Below are positions 1 through 9,574 of a stretch of DNA of 35,181 nt, one piece after another. Under the pieces are notes generated by a model. That model did not search any database and was not told the origin of the DNA. It saw only the letters and a list, made by a program, of their open reading frames with translations. The stretch is taken from positions 1-35,181 of the forward strand of contig JBBRBK010000014.1 in NCBI GenBank assembly GCA_038205935.1. Reading direction: 5' to 3'. The translations under genes were made by a program, and so were the position numbers. This DNA comes from Campylobacterales bacterium. GTDB lineage: Bacteria; Campylobacterota; Campylobacteria; Campylobacterales; Sulfurimonadaceae. Positions within the stretch are counted from its first letter, which is position 1; each line of letters begins with the position of its first letter.

Positions 1-1269
1 GAAGATGTTGATGCAGATTTACTGCTTCGTCAGGCCGATCAGGCAATGTATCAAGCAAAACTCTCTGGTAAAAATCATTATGAATTTTTTAATTTAAAGC
101 AAAATGATATGCTTATAGAGCGTTATGAAGCAATAAAAAATATCAAAAAAGCGTTAGCTGCAGAAGAGTTTGTTTTATATTATCAGCCAAAAGTCAATAT
201 GCGAACTGGAGCTATTATCGGTTTAGAAGCGCTTATTCGATGGCAGCATCCAACAAAAGGTTTTTTAAACCCTTTAGAATTTCTACCCTTGATTGCAGAT
301 CATCCACTTTCGATTCATTTGGGTGAGTGGGTAATAAACACTGCTTTAATTCAGATAGAACAATGGCAAGAGAGTGGTATTTCACTTGTTGTCAGTGTCA
401 ATATCAGTGCTTATCAGCTTATGAAAGAAAATTTTGTCAAGAGACTTAGTTCTATCTTATCAGCTCATCCCAAAGTAAATCCAGCCTTGTTGGAAATCGA
501 AATCCTAGAAATGAGTAGATTAAAAAATGTATTTCGCTCCTCAGAAATCATGATTGCTTGTAAAAAACTTGGGATTGTATTTTCGCTAGATGATTTTAGT
601 ACCAACTATTCATCTCTCACTTACTTAAAGCAATTACCTATTAAACTCATAAAAATTGACCAGAGTTTTGTCAAAGAGATGCTGCATAATAGCAATGACT
701 TGGCAATACTTGAGGGGATAATCAGTCTGGCTACTGCCTTTGGTCATGAGATTATTGCTGAGGGAGTTGAAACTATAGAACACGGCGAATTATTGCTTCA
801 AATGGGTTGTGAGTTGGCGCAAGGGTATGCCATTTCACCACCTATGCCATCGGAGGAAATCTCCCCTTGGGTTACTTCTTGGGTTAACCCAAAAATATGG
901 GAAACGCAAACTTCTAAAATGAAAACTGACCTACCTCTCTTGTTTGCCACGATCGAACACCAGACTTGGGTTGATTCGGTGTATTCTTTATTGAGCGGAA
1001 AATATTCCTTTGCCGAATCATTGGATCATACACAATGCAGCTTAGGAAAGTGGTTGGAAAATGAAGGTTTTAAGCGTTTTGGAGAAAATAGATATTACCT
1101 TGATATCAAATGTTTGCATTATAAAATTCATCATTTAGCCTCGGAACTAATAGCCCTTTACATGCAAGGAGAGAATTTCAAAGTATCGCAAAGAGTAGGT
1201 GAACTTCATCATTTACAAGATGAATTATCATTACTACTTAAAAAGTTAGGTGAAATAACAAAATCATAA
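1..1269 (+). CDS. 5'-truncated GGDEF-EAL c-di-GMP enzyme with C-terminal CZB zinc-binding domain
   Basis: Frame is open from base 1 (DADLLLRQADQAMYQAK = GGDEF C-terminus). LEALIRW, VNIS, DDF, IKID, AEGVE, QGY = EAL domain. HQTW...DHTQCSLGKW...HYKIH = CZB. Confidence 0.92.
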   Translation, partial: EDVDADLLLRQADQAMYQAKLSGKNHYEFFNLKQNDMLIERYEAIKNIKKALAAEEFVLYYQPKVNMRTGAIIGLEALIRWQHPTKGFLNPLEFLPLIADHPLSIHLGEWVINTALIQIEQWQESGISLVVSVNISAYQLMKENFVKRLSSILSAHPKVNPALLEIEILEMSRLKNVFRSSEIMIACKKLGIVFSLDDFSTNYSSLTYLKQLPIKLIKIDQSFVKEMLHNSNDLAILEGIISLATAFGHEIIAEGVETIEHGELLLQMGCELAQGYAISPPMPSEEISPWVTSWVNPKIWETQTSKMKTDLPLLFATIEHQTWVDSVYSLLSGKYSFAESLDHTQCSLGKWLENEGFKRFGENRYYLDIKCLHYKIHHLASELIALYMQGENFKVSQRVGELHHLQDELSLLLKKLGEITKS

Positions 1270-1371
1270 GAATAGCTATAGGTCACTTTTCAATGAACAT
1301 AAATGTTTCAAAACTGTGCTGAGATTCAGACGTTAGCGATATAATAATAAAAAATAATCAGAGGGTATAAA

Positions 1372-4300
1372 ATGTCTAAATCGGCACAAAAAACACTAAT
1401 TATTGTCGGTATAGGATCAAGTGCCGGCGGGTTGGAAGCATTGCAAGAGCTCATCCAAAACCTTTTGATTACTGATAGAATGGCTTACATCGTAGCACAG
1501 CATTTGGGGCCAGACCACAGTGTTTTGGTGGAACTCCTTGGCAAAAACTCGCCGCTTGAAGTCATAGCAGCAACAGATGGTCTACATGTAAGCGCTTCAA
1601 AAATATATATAACTCCGCCAAACTACAATATCTTTCTTGATGGCGACACTATCGTGCTTAAGGCTCCTGAGGATGATTTCATCGGTTCAAAACCTTCTAT
1701 CGATCTATTTTTTACATCTCTTGCACGCAGTAAACATCATGATAGCGTTGGTATTATCCTCTCAGGAACTGGGAGTGATGGATCTAGAGGATGTGCAGAG
1801 ATAAAAGCGGAGGGTGGCATTACGATTGCACAAGATCCAAAAAGTGCAAGGTTTGATGGCATGCCCACTTCTGCGATTAATGCAGGGCAGATCGACATAA
1901 TACTTTCTGCGGATAAAATGGGAGCCGAGTTAAAAGAGTTTGAAAAGTTTAACAGCAGTGAGATTTCACTCCAACATGCCACCATACGTACAAAAGACGA
2001 TCATCTAAAAATATTTGCTCGTCTTAAAGCTGTTTGCGGAGTTGATTTCTCAGAATACAAATCTACTACACTCAACCGCAGAATACAAAGACGTATGGCT
2101 GCACTTAAAATTTTGAAGATATATGATTATATTCAATTGCTTTATTCAGACAAAGAAGAAACCGCAAGTCTTTGTAAAGACTTCTTGATCGGTGTTACCT
2201 CCTTTTTTAGGGATAAAGAAGCATTTGCAGATCTTAAAGTCCACTTGACTCAATATCTAGCCCAAAAAGAGGAAAATGATATCATCAGGATTTGGGATGT
2301 CGGCTGTTGCAGTGGTGAAGAAAGCTACTCTATTGCAATCGTTATAACTGAAATTTTAGCCCAACAAAAGAAGCATATGGAGGTGCAGATATTTGCTTCT
2401 GACATCGATAATGATTCCATTTTGTTTGCTAGAAACGGCACTTATCGCCCCTCAGCTTTTACCCAAATGCCTCCAGAACTCATCAAAAAATATTTTGTCG
2501 CAAAAGATGATGGCTTTCAGGTAAATAATACCATCAGGGGCATGATCATTTTTTCCAAGCATGATCTTCTTAGAGATGCTCCTTTTACAAAGCTTGATCT
2601 TGTTGTTTGTAGAAATCTGCTCATTTACTTCACGCCGAGTCTTCAAGAGCGGATAATTCCTCTGTTTCACTATGCCCTTTTAAACAACGGTATCTTATTT
2701 CTTGGAAAAACCGAATCAATCGGAACATTTGAAAATCTGTTTACTCCACTTACCAAGAACACAAGAGTATTCAAACGAGAATTCAGCGTCAGTAATACAC
2801 CGCCCAAAATTATCAATGCTTATCATCCGACTCAAAAAGCAAATGTGCAAGATCTAGTATCTCTTCCTCTGCCAAAAATGAGTTTTAAAGAGTCGCTGAT
2901 AGAGTCTCTTGGAGAGTTTCTTTTACCTCTGAGCGTCATAGTCAGTAAGGGGATGGATATTGTCTATATAAAAGAAAGAAATCCTTACTTGTATTATGAT
3001 CAAGGGCTTGCTACTGCCAATATCTTTAAAACTATCCACGAATCGCTCTCTCTTGATTTACGGACTTTAATACAGCTTTGCAATAAAACAATGCAGCCTC
3101 AACTAGGGATCTTTCATAAGGTGGAATTGTTTAAAGGGATTGATCGCTTTGTGCGTTTGATTGTCATTCCTCTGAGTCATCATTCACAAAATAGTGAGTT
3201 TTTTGTTGTGTCTTTCCAAGAGGAAGATGCGGATATGTTCACTCAGGTTGATTTTTCATCGAGTGACGCTCCTCGTACAAAGGAAACTAGAAGGCTAGAA
3301 GCTGAGCTCTCTCACACAAAACTACATCTGCAAACTATCATTGAAGAGATGGAAAGTTCAAACGAAGAACTGCAGTCTCTCAATGAAGAGCTTCGAAGTG
3401 CGAATGAAGAGTTACAAAGTACAAATGAAGAGTTGCAAAGCACAAACGAGGAACTCAGAAGTACCAATGAAGAGCTCCAAAGTACAAATGAAGAACTTCA
3501 CCACACTAAGGATACGCTAGATGTTACCTACAAAACATTAAAAACGCTATCCAAGGAAAAAGAGATTCAGCAGGTATTGTTAAATAAGATATTTGAGGGC
3601 ATAACTAATGGAATAGTCATATACAAAGCTATTAATGATGGTACTGATTTTGAGATAGTCAATATCAATAGCGGAGCCCAAAAAATAGAAAAGTTATCGC
3701 GAGAGGATGTTATAGGCAAGAGAATCCAAGAGATATTTCCAATGCTAAAGAACAGCGATTTATTGGAAGCTTTAGTAAGAGTATACAAAACAGGCATACC
3801 CGAAGCGCTGCCGGCTTTCTTCTATGATGACAAGCGTATCTCTGGCTGGAGAAAAAATTACATCTTCAAATTACCTACCGGTGAGATTATCACTATCTAT
3901 GAAGATGTGAGTGCTACTAAAAAAGCGGAAATAGCACTTCAAGCACTCAATGATACTCTTGAAGAAAAAGTTCAAGAAGAACTTGCAAAAAATAGAGAAA
4001 AAGATTTGGTAATTATCAAGCAATTTCGCTTTGCGGCTATGGGTGAGATGGCGAGTAATATCGCTCATCAATGGAGACAACCGCTCAACCTCTTAGCTAT
4101 CACAATTCAAGCTGCCAAAGAGGCTTTTAAACATAACACACTCAATCAAGAGTACGTAGACAAAGCGGTAAAAAATAGTATGAGAATGATAACGGAGATG
4201 TCTAGCACAATAGACGATTTTAGAAACTATTTTTCCGCAGATAGTGAAAAAGAGTATTTTTCGGTTACAAAATCCATTCAAGATATGGTTAGTCTCATAC

Positions 4301-4725
4301 AAGAGCGATTTTTGAATAAAAATGTGACTATTGATGTTGATATTGAAGAAAGCTTACATGTAAGCGGATATAAACGTGAATTTGGACAAGCTATGCTCAA
4401 TATCCTAAATAATGCTAAAGAAGCAATCATAGAGAGTGGTAAAGAAGCAGGAAAAATCTTTATAAAAGGAAAGCTTGTAAATAAAGGAATACTTATCACT
4501 ATAGAAAACAATGGACCGCAGATCGATTTAGAAATAATAAACAAAATTTTTGATCCCTATTTCACTACAAAATTTAAAACTCAGGGTACCGGTTTAGGGC
4601 TTTATATAACAAAGATTACTATTGAACAAGATATGGGTGGCAAAATAAACGTTCATAATACCAAGAAAGGTGTTCGTTTTGATGTGAAACTACCTGGAAT
4701 ATCTGAATCATTGTTGAGTCAATAA
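1372..4725 (+). CDS. CheB methylesterase-CheR methyltransferase-coiled coil-PAS-histidine kinase fusion
   Basis: GSSAGG/QHL/GSDG (CheB triad); GCCSGEESYS and CRNLLIYF (CheR); NEELQST heptads; IAHQWRQPL H-box; NILNNA, DPYFTTK, GTGLGL (HATPase). Confidence 0.93.
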   Translation: MSKSAQKTLIIVGIGSSAGGLEALQELIQNLLITDRMAYIVAQHLGPDHSVLVELLGKNSPLEVIAATDGLHVSASKIYITPPNYNIFLDGDTIVLKAPEDDFIGSKPSIDLFFTSLARSKHHDSVGIILSGTGSDGSRGCAEIKAEGGITIAQDPKSARFDGMPTSAINAGQIDIILSADKMGAELKEFEKFNSSEISLQHATIRTKDDHLKIFARLKAVCGVDFSEYKSTTLNRRIQRRMAALKILKIYDYIQLLYSDKEETASLCKDFLIGVTSFFRDKEAFADLKVHLTQYLAQKEENDIIRIWDVGCCSGEESYSIAIVITEILAQQKKHMEVQIFASDIDNDSILFARNGTYRPSAFTQMPPELIKKYFVAKDDGFQVNNTIRGMIIFSKHDLLRDAPFTKLDLVVCRNLLIYFTPSLQERIIPLFHYALLNNGILFLGKTESIGTFENLFTPLTKNTRVFKREFSVSNTPPKIINAYHPTQKANVQDLVSLPLPKMSFKESLIESLGEFLLPLSVIVSKGMDIVYIKERNPYLYYDQGLATANIFKTIHESLSLDLRTLIQLCNKTMQPQLGIFHKVELFKGIDRFVRLIVIPLSHHSQNSEFFVVSFQEEDADMFTQVDFSSSDAPRTKETRRLEAELSHTKLHLQTIIEEMESSNEELQSLNEELRSANEELQSTNEELQSTNEELRSTNEELQSTNEELHHTKDTLDVTYKTLKTLSKEKEIQQVLLNKIFEGITNGIVIYKAINDGTDFEIVNINSGAQKIEKLSREDVIGKRIQEIFPMLKNSDLLEALVRVYKTGIPEALPAFFYDDKRISGWRKNYIFKLPTGEIITIYEDVSATKKAEIALQALNDTLEEKVQEELAKNREKDLVIIKQFRFAAMGEMASNIAHQWRQPLNLLAITIQAAKEAFKHNTLNQEYVDKAVKNSMRMITEMSSTIDDFRNYFSADSEKEYFSVTKSIQDMVSLIQERFLNKNVTIDVDIEESLHVSGYKREFGQAMLNILNNAKEAIIESGKEAGKIFIKGKLVNKGILITIENNGPQIDLEIINKIFDPYFTTKFKTQGTGLGLYITKITIEQDMGGKINVHNTKKGVRFDVKLPGISESLLSQ
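3361..3498 (+). repeat. 21-bp degenerate coding tandem repeat (7 NEEL heptads)
   Basis: NEELQSL NEELRSA NEELQST NEELQST NEELRST NEELQST NEEL in the translation. Confidence 0.85.
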
Positions 4726-4759
4726 CAGCCAAATACGGCTGATATTGCTTACATGTAAG

Positions 4760-5050
4760 CTAGTTTTTAAATTTTGTACCTGCATCACTAAAAGCAGATG
4801 CCATTGTATCCCATGCAGATTCTACGCCGATTTTTACAGAGTCATACGCTTCGCCTGTGGCTTTTGTAAGCTCTGAGAGCTTTGAGTCACCCTCACTTAG
4901 CTTCTCTTTGAGCGTTCGGATATGCTCATTGATTTTGATTTGTGCATCAGCACTCATCATTGAAGCTTGTGCTTGGAGTTTATCGATATCTGCTTTATAT
5001 ACATCTAATTGCGCTTGTTTTTTTTGTTGGTAAAGTTCTTTGTCATTCAT
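4760..5050 (-). CDS. Small coiled-coil stress protein (Sll1863-like)
   Basis: KELYQQKKQAQLD...ADIDKL...GVESAWD pattern; AAGGA RBS. Confidence 0.75.
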   Translation of the reverse strand: MNDKELYQQKKQAQLDVYKADIDKLQAQASMMSADAQIKINEHIRTLKEKLSEGDSKLSELTKATGEAYDSVKIGVESAWDTMASAFSDAGTKFKN

Positions 5051-5088
5051 AATAATTCCTTTTTTAATTTATTTTAAAGCGTGTAGTT

Positions 5089-5238
5089 TTAAAGTACACG
5101 TCTTCCTTGGATAACTCTGATGAGTATAACGATAATTGCAATTACCAATAATAGGTGAATTAATCCACCCATACTATAACTGCTCACCATTCCTAAAGCC
5201 CATAAAATTATAAGTATTAATGCTACTGTGTACAACAT
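5089..5238 (-). CDS. lmo0937-family small membrane protein, 49 aa (not in ORF track)
   Basis: Manual translation MLYTVALILIILWALGMVSSYSMGGLIHLLLVIAIIVILIRVIQGRRVL; AGGAGG RBS; GGLIHLLLVIA...GRR signature. Confidence 0.9.
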   Translation of the reverse strand: MLYTVALILIILWALGMVSSYSMGGLIHLLLVIAIIVILIRVIQGRRVL

Positions 5239-5254
5239 GTTGTCCTCCTTAAAA

Positions 5255-5830
5255 TTATTTTTCTATTGTCATATTATTGACAACATTTTTAACACCCTCA
5301 ACATCTTCGACAACTTTATTTACTAGCTCTTTTTCAGCCTCATTTCGCGCTTTTCCGCTCACGGTAACTACACCTTCATTTGTAGTGACTGAAGTACGTA
5401 AAGCTCCCGTTGATCGCTGTAAAACCAATGCCATCTTTACTTTTGCAGTAATTGCTGAATCATCAATATTTTCACCAACTGTAGGAGTGTCTGACGCAGC
5501 TACCATCATATTATTATGAACACTTTTAACTCCTTGAACATCTTCAACAAGTCTAGTAACCAAATCTTTCTCAGCACTGTTTTTAGCTGTACCTTTGATT
5601 ACTACGACTCCATTTGTAGTGGTAACTTCCGTTCGAATAGCACCAGTTGAACGATGTAATAGCAACGCCATTTTTACCTGCGTAGTGATGGCTGAGTCGT
5701 CGATTTTCTCTCCAACTGTATGCTTTGATTTTGGAGTAGCAGTTTTCGCATCTGATGCGAAAAGTGGAACTGAACTAGCGATGAGAACTGTTGCAACTAT
5801 TGTTGCTTTTAATAATAGATTTTGTTTCAT
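5255..5830 (-). CDS. Dual BON-domain periplasmic protein (OsmY-like)
   Basis: Signal peptide; two GExIDDSAIT...V.T.NG.V...G...V.GVK.V.N repeats. Confidence 0.92.
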   Translation of the reverse strand: MKQNLLLKATIVATVLIASSVPLFASDAKTATPKSKHTVGEKIDDSAITTQVKMALLLHRSTGAIRTEVTTTNGVVVIKGTAKNSAEKDLVTRLVEDVQGVKSVHNNMMVAASDTPTVGENIDDSAITAKVKMALVLQRSTGALRTSVTTNEGVVTVSGKARNEAEKELVNKVVEDVEGVKNVVNNMTIEK

Positions 5831-5900
5831 GATTTGTATTCTCCTATGATTTTTTTAATTAATTATTTTAAACGAAGCTCATATAGAGTTTCGTCAAGTT

Positions 5901-6533
5901 TTAGAATCTAAGATTCAATCCAGCATAAATTTTTTGAACTTCGTCATGTGTTTTTAATGTATAAGGCCCACTAGTCATATCTTGCCATCTACGATATGTA
6001 TAATCATATCCTGCTAATACATCAAGAAAGTTTGTGATTTGAAATGTTAATCCAGCACCAGCAGTACCGCCAAGTGCATAGAGCGTATCTGTTCTTTCAT
6101 CATTGCCTTGAGCTTTTACATTAAAGCCTATATCAGCTCTAGTGACATTAACTCCAAGTTTTATAAAAGGCATTACTACCTTACTGACACTCGGCATAGT
6201 CACAAGATAATCAACTCCTACTCCAAGTGTGTTTGATGAATTAAACAACGTTTGAGTATCGCTCCCAGATTCTTTATTTGAGGTGTATTGTTGCAGTGAT
6301 ATCTCTAAGCGGTTTTCTTCAAACTTACCAAAACCAACTTTAACAGCTCCCGTTGTGGTTCTGTCATCGCCGGTAGAAGATTTATAAGAATATCCATTGC
6401 CACTCACTTCAAATGTTCTATCTACATTTGCAGCTCCAACATCCAGACCAATATAAACACCACCCCCAGTGCTACCCTCTTGAGCAACTGCCAAAGAAGC
6501 TATAACTAATAAACTTGAAATAATCTTTTTCAT
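5901..6533 (-). CDS. Outer-membrane beta-barrel protein (8-stranded type)
   Basis: Signal peptide MKKIISSLL after GGAGG RBS (ATG at 6533); amphipathic strands; C-terminal YAGLNLRF. Confidence 0.85.
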   Translation of the reverse strand: MKKIISSLLVIASLAVAQEGSTGGGVYIGLDVGAANVDRTFEVSGNGYSYKSSTGDDRTTTGAVKVGFGKFEENRLEISLQQYTSNKESGSDTQTLFNSSNTLGVGVDYLVTMPSVSKVVMPFIKLGVNVTRADIGFNVKAQGNDERTDTLYALGGTAGAGLTFQITNFLDVLAGYDYTYRRWQDMTSGPYTLKTHDEVQKIYAGLNLRF

Positions 6534-6595
6534 GCTTTCCTCCAAAAAATAAAATTCAGACCATAGATAAAGAAATCTACATGTTTGACTAAATG

Positions 6596-6626
6596 ATAGT
6601 ATCTGCTTGTGGTTACTAATAGGTTA
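6596..6626 (-). promoter_or_regulatory. TAACC-N6-TAACC-N9-TACTAT promoter of the OMP-BON-lmo0937-Sll1863 operon
   Basis: Minus strand TAACC tattag TAACC acaagcaga TACTAT; same architecture at four other sites. Confidence 0.75.
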
Positions 6627-6733
6627 TTTTTGCTTTGAATTTTGTAGGAGAAGGGGTGGATTTATTACAGCTCAGCTCGAAGCTAATGGGCTTTTTTGCT
6701 GAGAGTCAAAGCTTAAGGAGAATTTCTAGTTTT

Positions 6734-7303
6734 TTATTTTTTAGTAGTCAGATTATTGACTACTCCTCTAACGCCGCTAACATCTTCGACAATCTTGATA
6801 ACCAAGTTTCTCTCAGTTGTATTTTTGGCCTCGCCACTTACTGTAACAATACCATTATTTGTCACAATCGTGGTTTTTATAGCTCTCGCTGAATGACGTA
6901 GCATCAATACAGTTTTTACCTGAGCGGTAATAGATGCATCGTCTAATTTTTCACCCAATGTTTGTTTTGATTTTCCAACCATTAGTTCATTATTTACGCC
7001 TTTAACCCCATCAATATCTTTAACATATTCAGTAGTATGTTTTTTCTGAGAGAGGCTGCTGGTTGTACCTTTAAGGGTTACCATCCCATCTTTGACATAA
7101 ACTTCTATTTCGTTGGCATTTACATTGCGATAAAATACAAGGGCTGTTTTTACATTCATTTTTACCCGTGTATCTGATTTTTCAATTAGGCGTTCACCCT
7201 TGACTTCCATATGGCTGTCGGTGTCTGTTGCATATCCTGGTATACCCATAGCTACGATAGTAGCCGCAACTATGGCAGTTTTTAGCGAACCTTTTATTTT
7301 CAT
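6734..7303 (-). CDS. Second dual BON-domain protein (OsmY-like)
   Basis: Signal peptide; GEKLDDASITAQVK...NGIVTVSG; paralog of 5255..5830. Confidence 0.9.
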   Translation of the reverse strand: MKIKGSLKTAIVAATIVAMGIPGYATDTDSHMEVKGERLIEKSDTRVKMNVKTALVFYRNVNANEIEVYVKDGMVTLKGTTSSLSQKKHTTEYVKDIDGVKGVNNELMVGKSKQTLGEKLDDASITAQVKTVLMLRHSARAIKTTIVTNNGIVTVSGEAKNTTERNLVIKIVEDVSGVRGVVNNLTTKK

Positions 7304-7366
7304 AACACTCCTTTTTTATGGATTGCATTGTGCATCACAACTGAATTATTTTATGATCACAATGAG

Positions 7367-7397
7367 ATAGTAGCTTCAGCAGGTTAATTTCGGGTTA
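7367..7397 (-). promoter_or_regulatory. TAACC-N6-TAACC-N9-TACTAT promoter of the second BON gene
   Basis: Minus strand TAACC cgaaat TAACC tgctgaagc TACTAT. Confidence 0.75.
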
Positions 7398-7480
7398 TTT
7401 TTACAAGGTGAGATATCTTTTGAGATTGCTAGTAATTTTAAACTGCTTCTTTACATGTAAGCATAAATTGTATAGTAAAA
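7367..7480. repeat. Diverged direct copy of 9934-10046 (promoter plus last codons of the histidine kinase)
   Basis: Aligns by eye; minus-strand FTIQFMLTCKEAV* versus kinase C-terminus FTIQFPLTCKEKV*. Confidence 0.9.
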
Positions 7481-7481
7481 A

Positions 7482-7512
7482 TAACTTATTAGTAACCGCT
7501 AATAGATACTAT
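7482..7512 (+). promoter_or_regulatory. TAAC(T)-N6-TAACC-N9-TACTAT promoter upstream of DUF948/YtxH
   Basis: TAACT tattag TAACC gctaataga TACTAT. Confidence 0.7.
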
Positions 7513-7572
7513 CCTTTAGACGGGAATGTAGATTTTTTATCTATAGTCAAATTTTTATTTTTGGAGGAAAAC

Positions 7573-7599
7573 ATGAAAAAGGTTCTTTCAGCTACGTAG
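7573..7599 (+). pseudogene. 8-codon remnant of an OMP paralog start (MKKVLSAT*)
   Basis: 7477-7590 is an inverted diverged copy of about 6516-6631, including leader, GGAGG RBS and ATGAAAAAG. Confidence 0.7.
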
Positions 7600-7633
7600 A
7601 GGAACAAAAAAATTCTCATAAGGAAAGTTGTCA

Positions 7634-8035
7634 ATGGATAATGAACTTTTAACTATTTTTGTCGGCATAATCGCCATATGTATGGTTTTCATTGCAGTGA
7701 CGGTAGTTGTCGTTGGATCACGAGTATTTAAGACCATGAAGAGAGTACATGAATTTATTGACAGTGTACAACAAGAACTTAGCTTCCTTTCCACAAAAGT
7801 AGCATTAACACTACATGACATCAGTGAGTTCATTTTCTATCTTAAGACACAAACAAGTTCTTTAGGTGCGAAATCATTTTTAGCATTACATGAACTGCAT
7901 GAAATGATAAGTTATATCCATACACAAACAAGATCACTCGTATATAAAGCAGCCAATGGCATTACAAAAGTAACACTTGGTTCGCTGGCTATCGATGCTT
8001 TGTTCAAACTTTTTCAAAAAAATAAAACCAAATAA
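7634..8035 (+). CDS. DUF948/YoxC-like membrane-anchored coiled-coil protein
   Basis: N-terminal TM helix then helical region; AAGGA RBS; adjacent to YtxH-like gene. Confidence 0.65.
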   Translation: MDNELLTIFVGIIAICMVFIAVTVVVVGSRVFKTMKRVHEFIDSVQQELSFLSTKVALTLHDISEFIFYLKTQTSSLGAKSFLALHELHEMISYIHTQTRSLVYKAANGITKVTLGSLAIDALFKLFQKNKTK

Positions 8036-8046
8036 AAGGATACACA

Positions 8047-8358
8047 ATGGACAGAAATAACACTATAGGCTTGGTACTTGGAGCAATTATCGGCGGCGCG
8101 GCAACGTACTATGCATACAAACATAAAGATGATATCATCGGTAAAATCAATGAACTTGAAGATAATTTGCATTTTGATCATCATGAACTTATCAATGATG
8201 CTAAAGATAAACTAAGTTCATTGACACATAGTGTTCAATCAACTTTTGAACGTTTCAAGGGAGATGTAGAAGCTGTTAAAGCTGATAAAATCTCTAGTAT
8301 GATGGAAGAAGTAGCAACGCTTCGAGCAGAGATCAAAGCTCTTAAAGCTAGTAATTAA
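8047..8358 (+). CDS. YtxH-like protein
   Basis: GLVLGAIIGGAA Gly-zipper TM followed by charged helix. Confidence 0.7.
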   Translation: MDRNNTIGLVLGAIIGGAATYYAYKHKDDIIGKINELEDNLHFDHHELINDAKDKLSSLTHSVQSTFERFKGDVEAVKADKISSMMEEVATLRAEIKALKASN

Positions 8359-8492
8359 GATTTAGTCCGAGGACGGCGTGTAATTTAAAACTACGCGCTT
8401 TTCTATAGATGCATACAAAAAAGTAAACTAAAAAACCGGTTCAATTGAATAAGTTGAATCATAGAATCCTATCTCTTGGCCTCTAGGCTATC

Positions 8493-8564
8493 TCAAGCTT
8501 CGACGACAATGGGGTCAAAATACTTACCCTTCCCTTCAAATTTAAAATGTTCTTGCAACTCTTC
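8493..8564 (-). pseudogene. C-terminal fragment of an HD-GYP phosphodiesterase
   Basis: EELQEHFKFEGKGKYFDPIVVEA* resembles the GxxFDPxVVxA terminal motif; bounded by stops. Confidence 0.55.
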
Positions 8565-8572
8565 TTATTTAT

Positions 8573-8603
8573 TGACCAAAAAATAACCTATCCACTATAA
8601 GAT
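8573..8603 (+). promoter_or_regulatory. TGACC-N6-TAACC-N9-TAAGAT promoter of the His-rich gene
   Basis: Same spacing as the other four sites with otherwise unrelated flanks. Confidence 0.7.
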
Positions 8604-8645
8604 TACATTGTTGTGCGCACAAACAATACAAATAAAGGATATCAC

Positions 8646-8891
8646 ATGAACACAGATACTCAGAAAAACGGACAAGTAAACATAAGTAAAGAACATAAAG
8701 TTGCTGCAGATCACCACGAACTAGCAGCCAAACATCACAAAGAAGCTGCAAAGTCTTACGATGCAGGAACACCTGAAGTTGCTGGTCATCAAGCCAATAT
8801 AGCACACGGTCATACGCTAAACGCACTTGATCATAGTGAAGATGCTATTAAAGCACACGCTGACAAGAATGCACCTCTAAAAAAAGTCTGA
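8646..8891 (+). CDS. Small His/Ala-rich helical protein, probable metal binder
   Basis: AAGGA RBS before ATG 8646; HKVAADHHELAAKHHKEAAK...HQANIAHGH. Confidence 0.8.
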   Translation: MNTDTQKNGQVNISKEHKVAADHHELAAKHHKEAAKSYDAGTPEVAGHQANIAHGHTLNALDHSEDAIKAHADKNAPLKKV

Positions 8892-8897
8892 AACTAT

Positions 8898-8934
8898 AAT
8901 AGCTCCCTTTAAAATAACTTTTAAGGGAGCTATT
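8898..8934 (+). terminator. Intrinsic terminator-like hairpin
   Basis: AATAGCTCCCTT...AAGGGAGCTATT directly after the stop codon. Confidence 0.7.
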
Positions 8935-9030
8935 GAGTTGTAAATTGATTTCAAAGACAGTTTTACTAGTAAAAATATACTTAATAGCACTACTGTACAA
9001 TTTGAATATACAAATATTAAGGAGCTAATT

Positions 9031-9465
9031 ATGAGTAAAAAAAAATTAATCGCAATAAGTTTAAGTGTAATTTTGGCAATACCAATGTTCGCATCAGATA
9101 CACAACAGGTAAAACAATCTGTTAGAGTACATCAGCATTGTAAAATGGCAAAAGAGGATCATATGTATAAAGATGGATTATTGTCTGATTTGAAACAATT
9201 AAAACTTAGTGATGATCAAAGAAAGCAAGTTCGTTCAATTGTAAAAGAACATATGCAAACTATCCCAAATCCAAACGATGCATTTACTGATAATAGTTTT
9301 GATAAGGCGATGTATATTAAACTTGAACAGCAAAAAAGAGACAATATGATTGAAAATAGAGCTGATATGATAGAAAAAGTTTATAATATTCTAACCGACA
9401 CTCAGAAAAAAGAGTTTAAAGTAATGTTTGATAAACATAAAAGTTGTTGGATAGAGAAAAAATAA
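9031..9465 (+). CDS. Spy/CpxP-family periplasmic chaperone
   Basis: Signal peptide; LKLSDDQRKQ and ILTDTQK (LTxxQ) motifs. Confidence 0.85.
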   Translation: MSKKKLIAISLSVILAIPMFASDTQQVKQSVRVHQHCKMAKEDHMYKDGLLSDLKQLKLSDDQRKQVRSIVKEHMQTIPNPNDAFTDNSFDKAMYIKLEQQKRDNMIENRADMIEKVYNILTDTQKKEFKVMFDKHKSCWIEKK

Positions 9466-9574
9466 AGTTCATTAAGATTGCAATGATTCTTAGTCTTACA
9501 CTTGCCATGCTTAATGGCAAAGTGTAGTTAAGAATATGATTATTGAACAATAACTAAACTAAAAGGAAATTATC

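Noticed and set aside
7408..7599. 63-aa ORF and its look-alikes at 9974..10183 and 9943..10170
   Set aside because: The similarity comes from the duplicated promoter/kinase-tail DNA; they overlap promoters or the kinase gene and lack an RBS.
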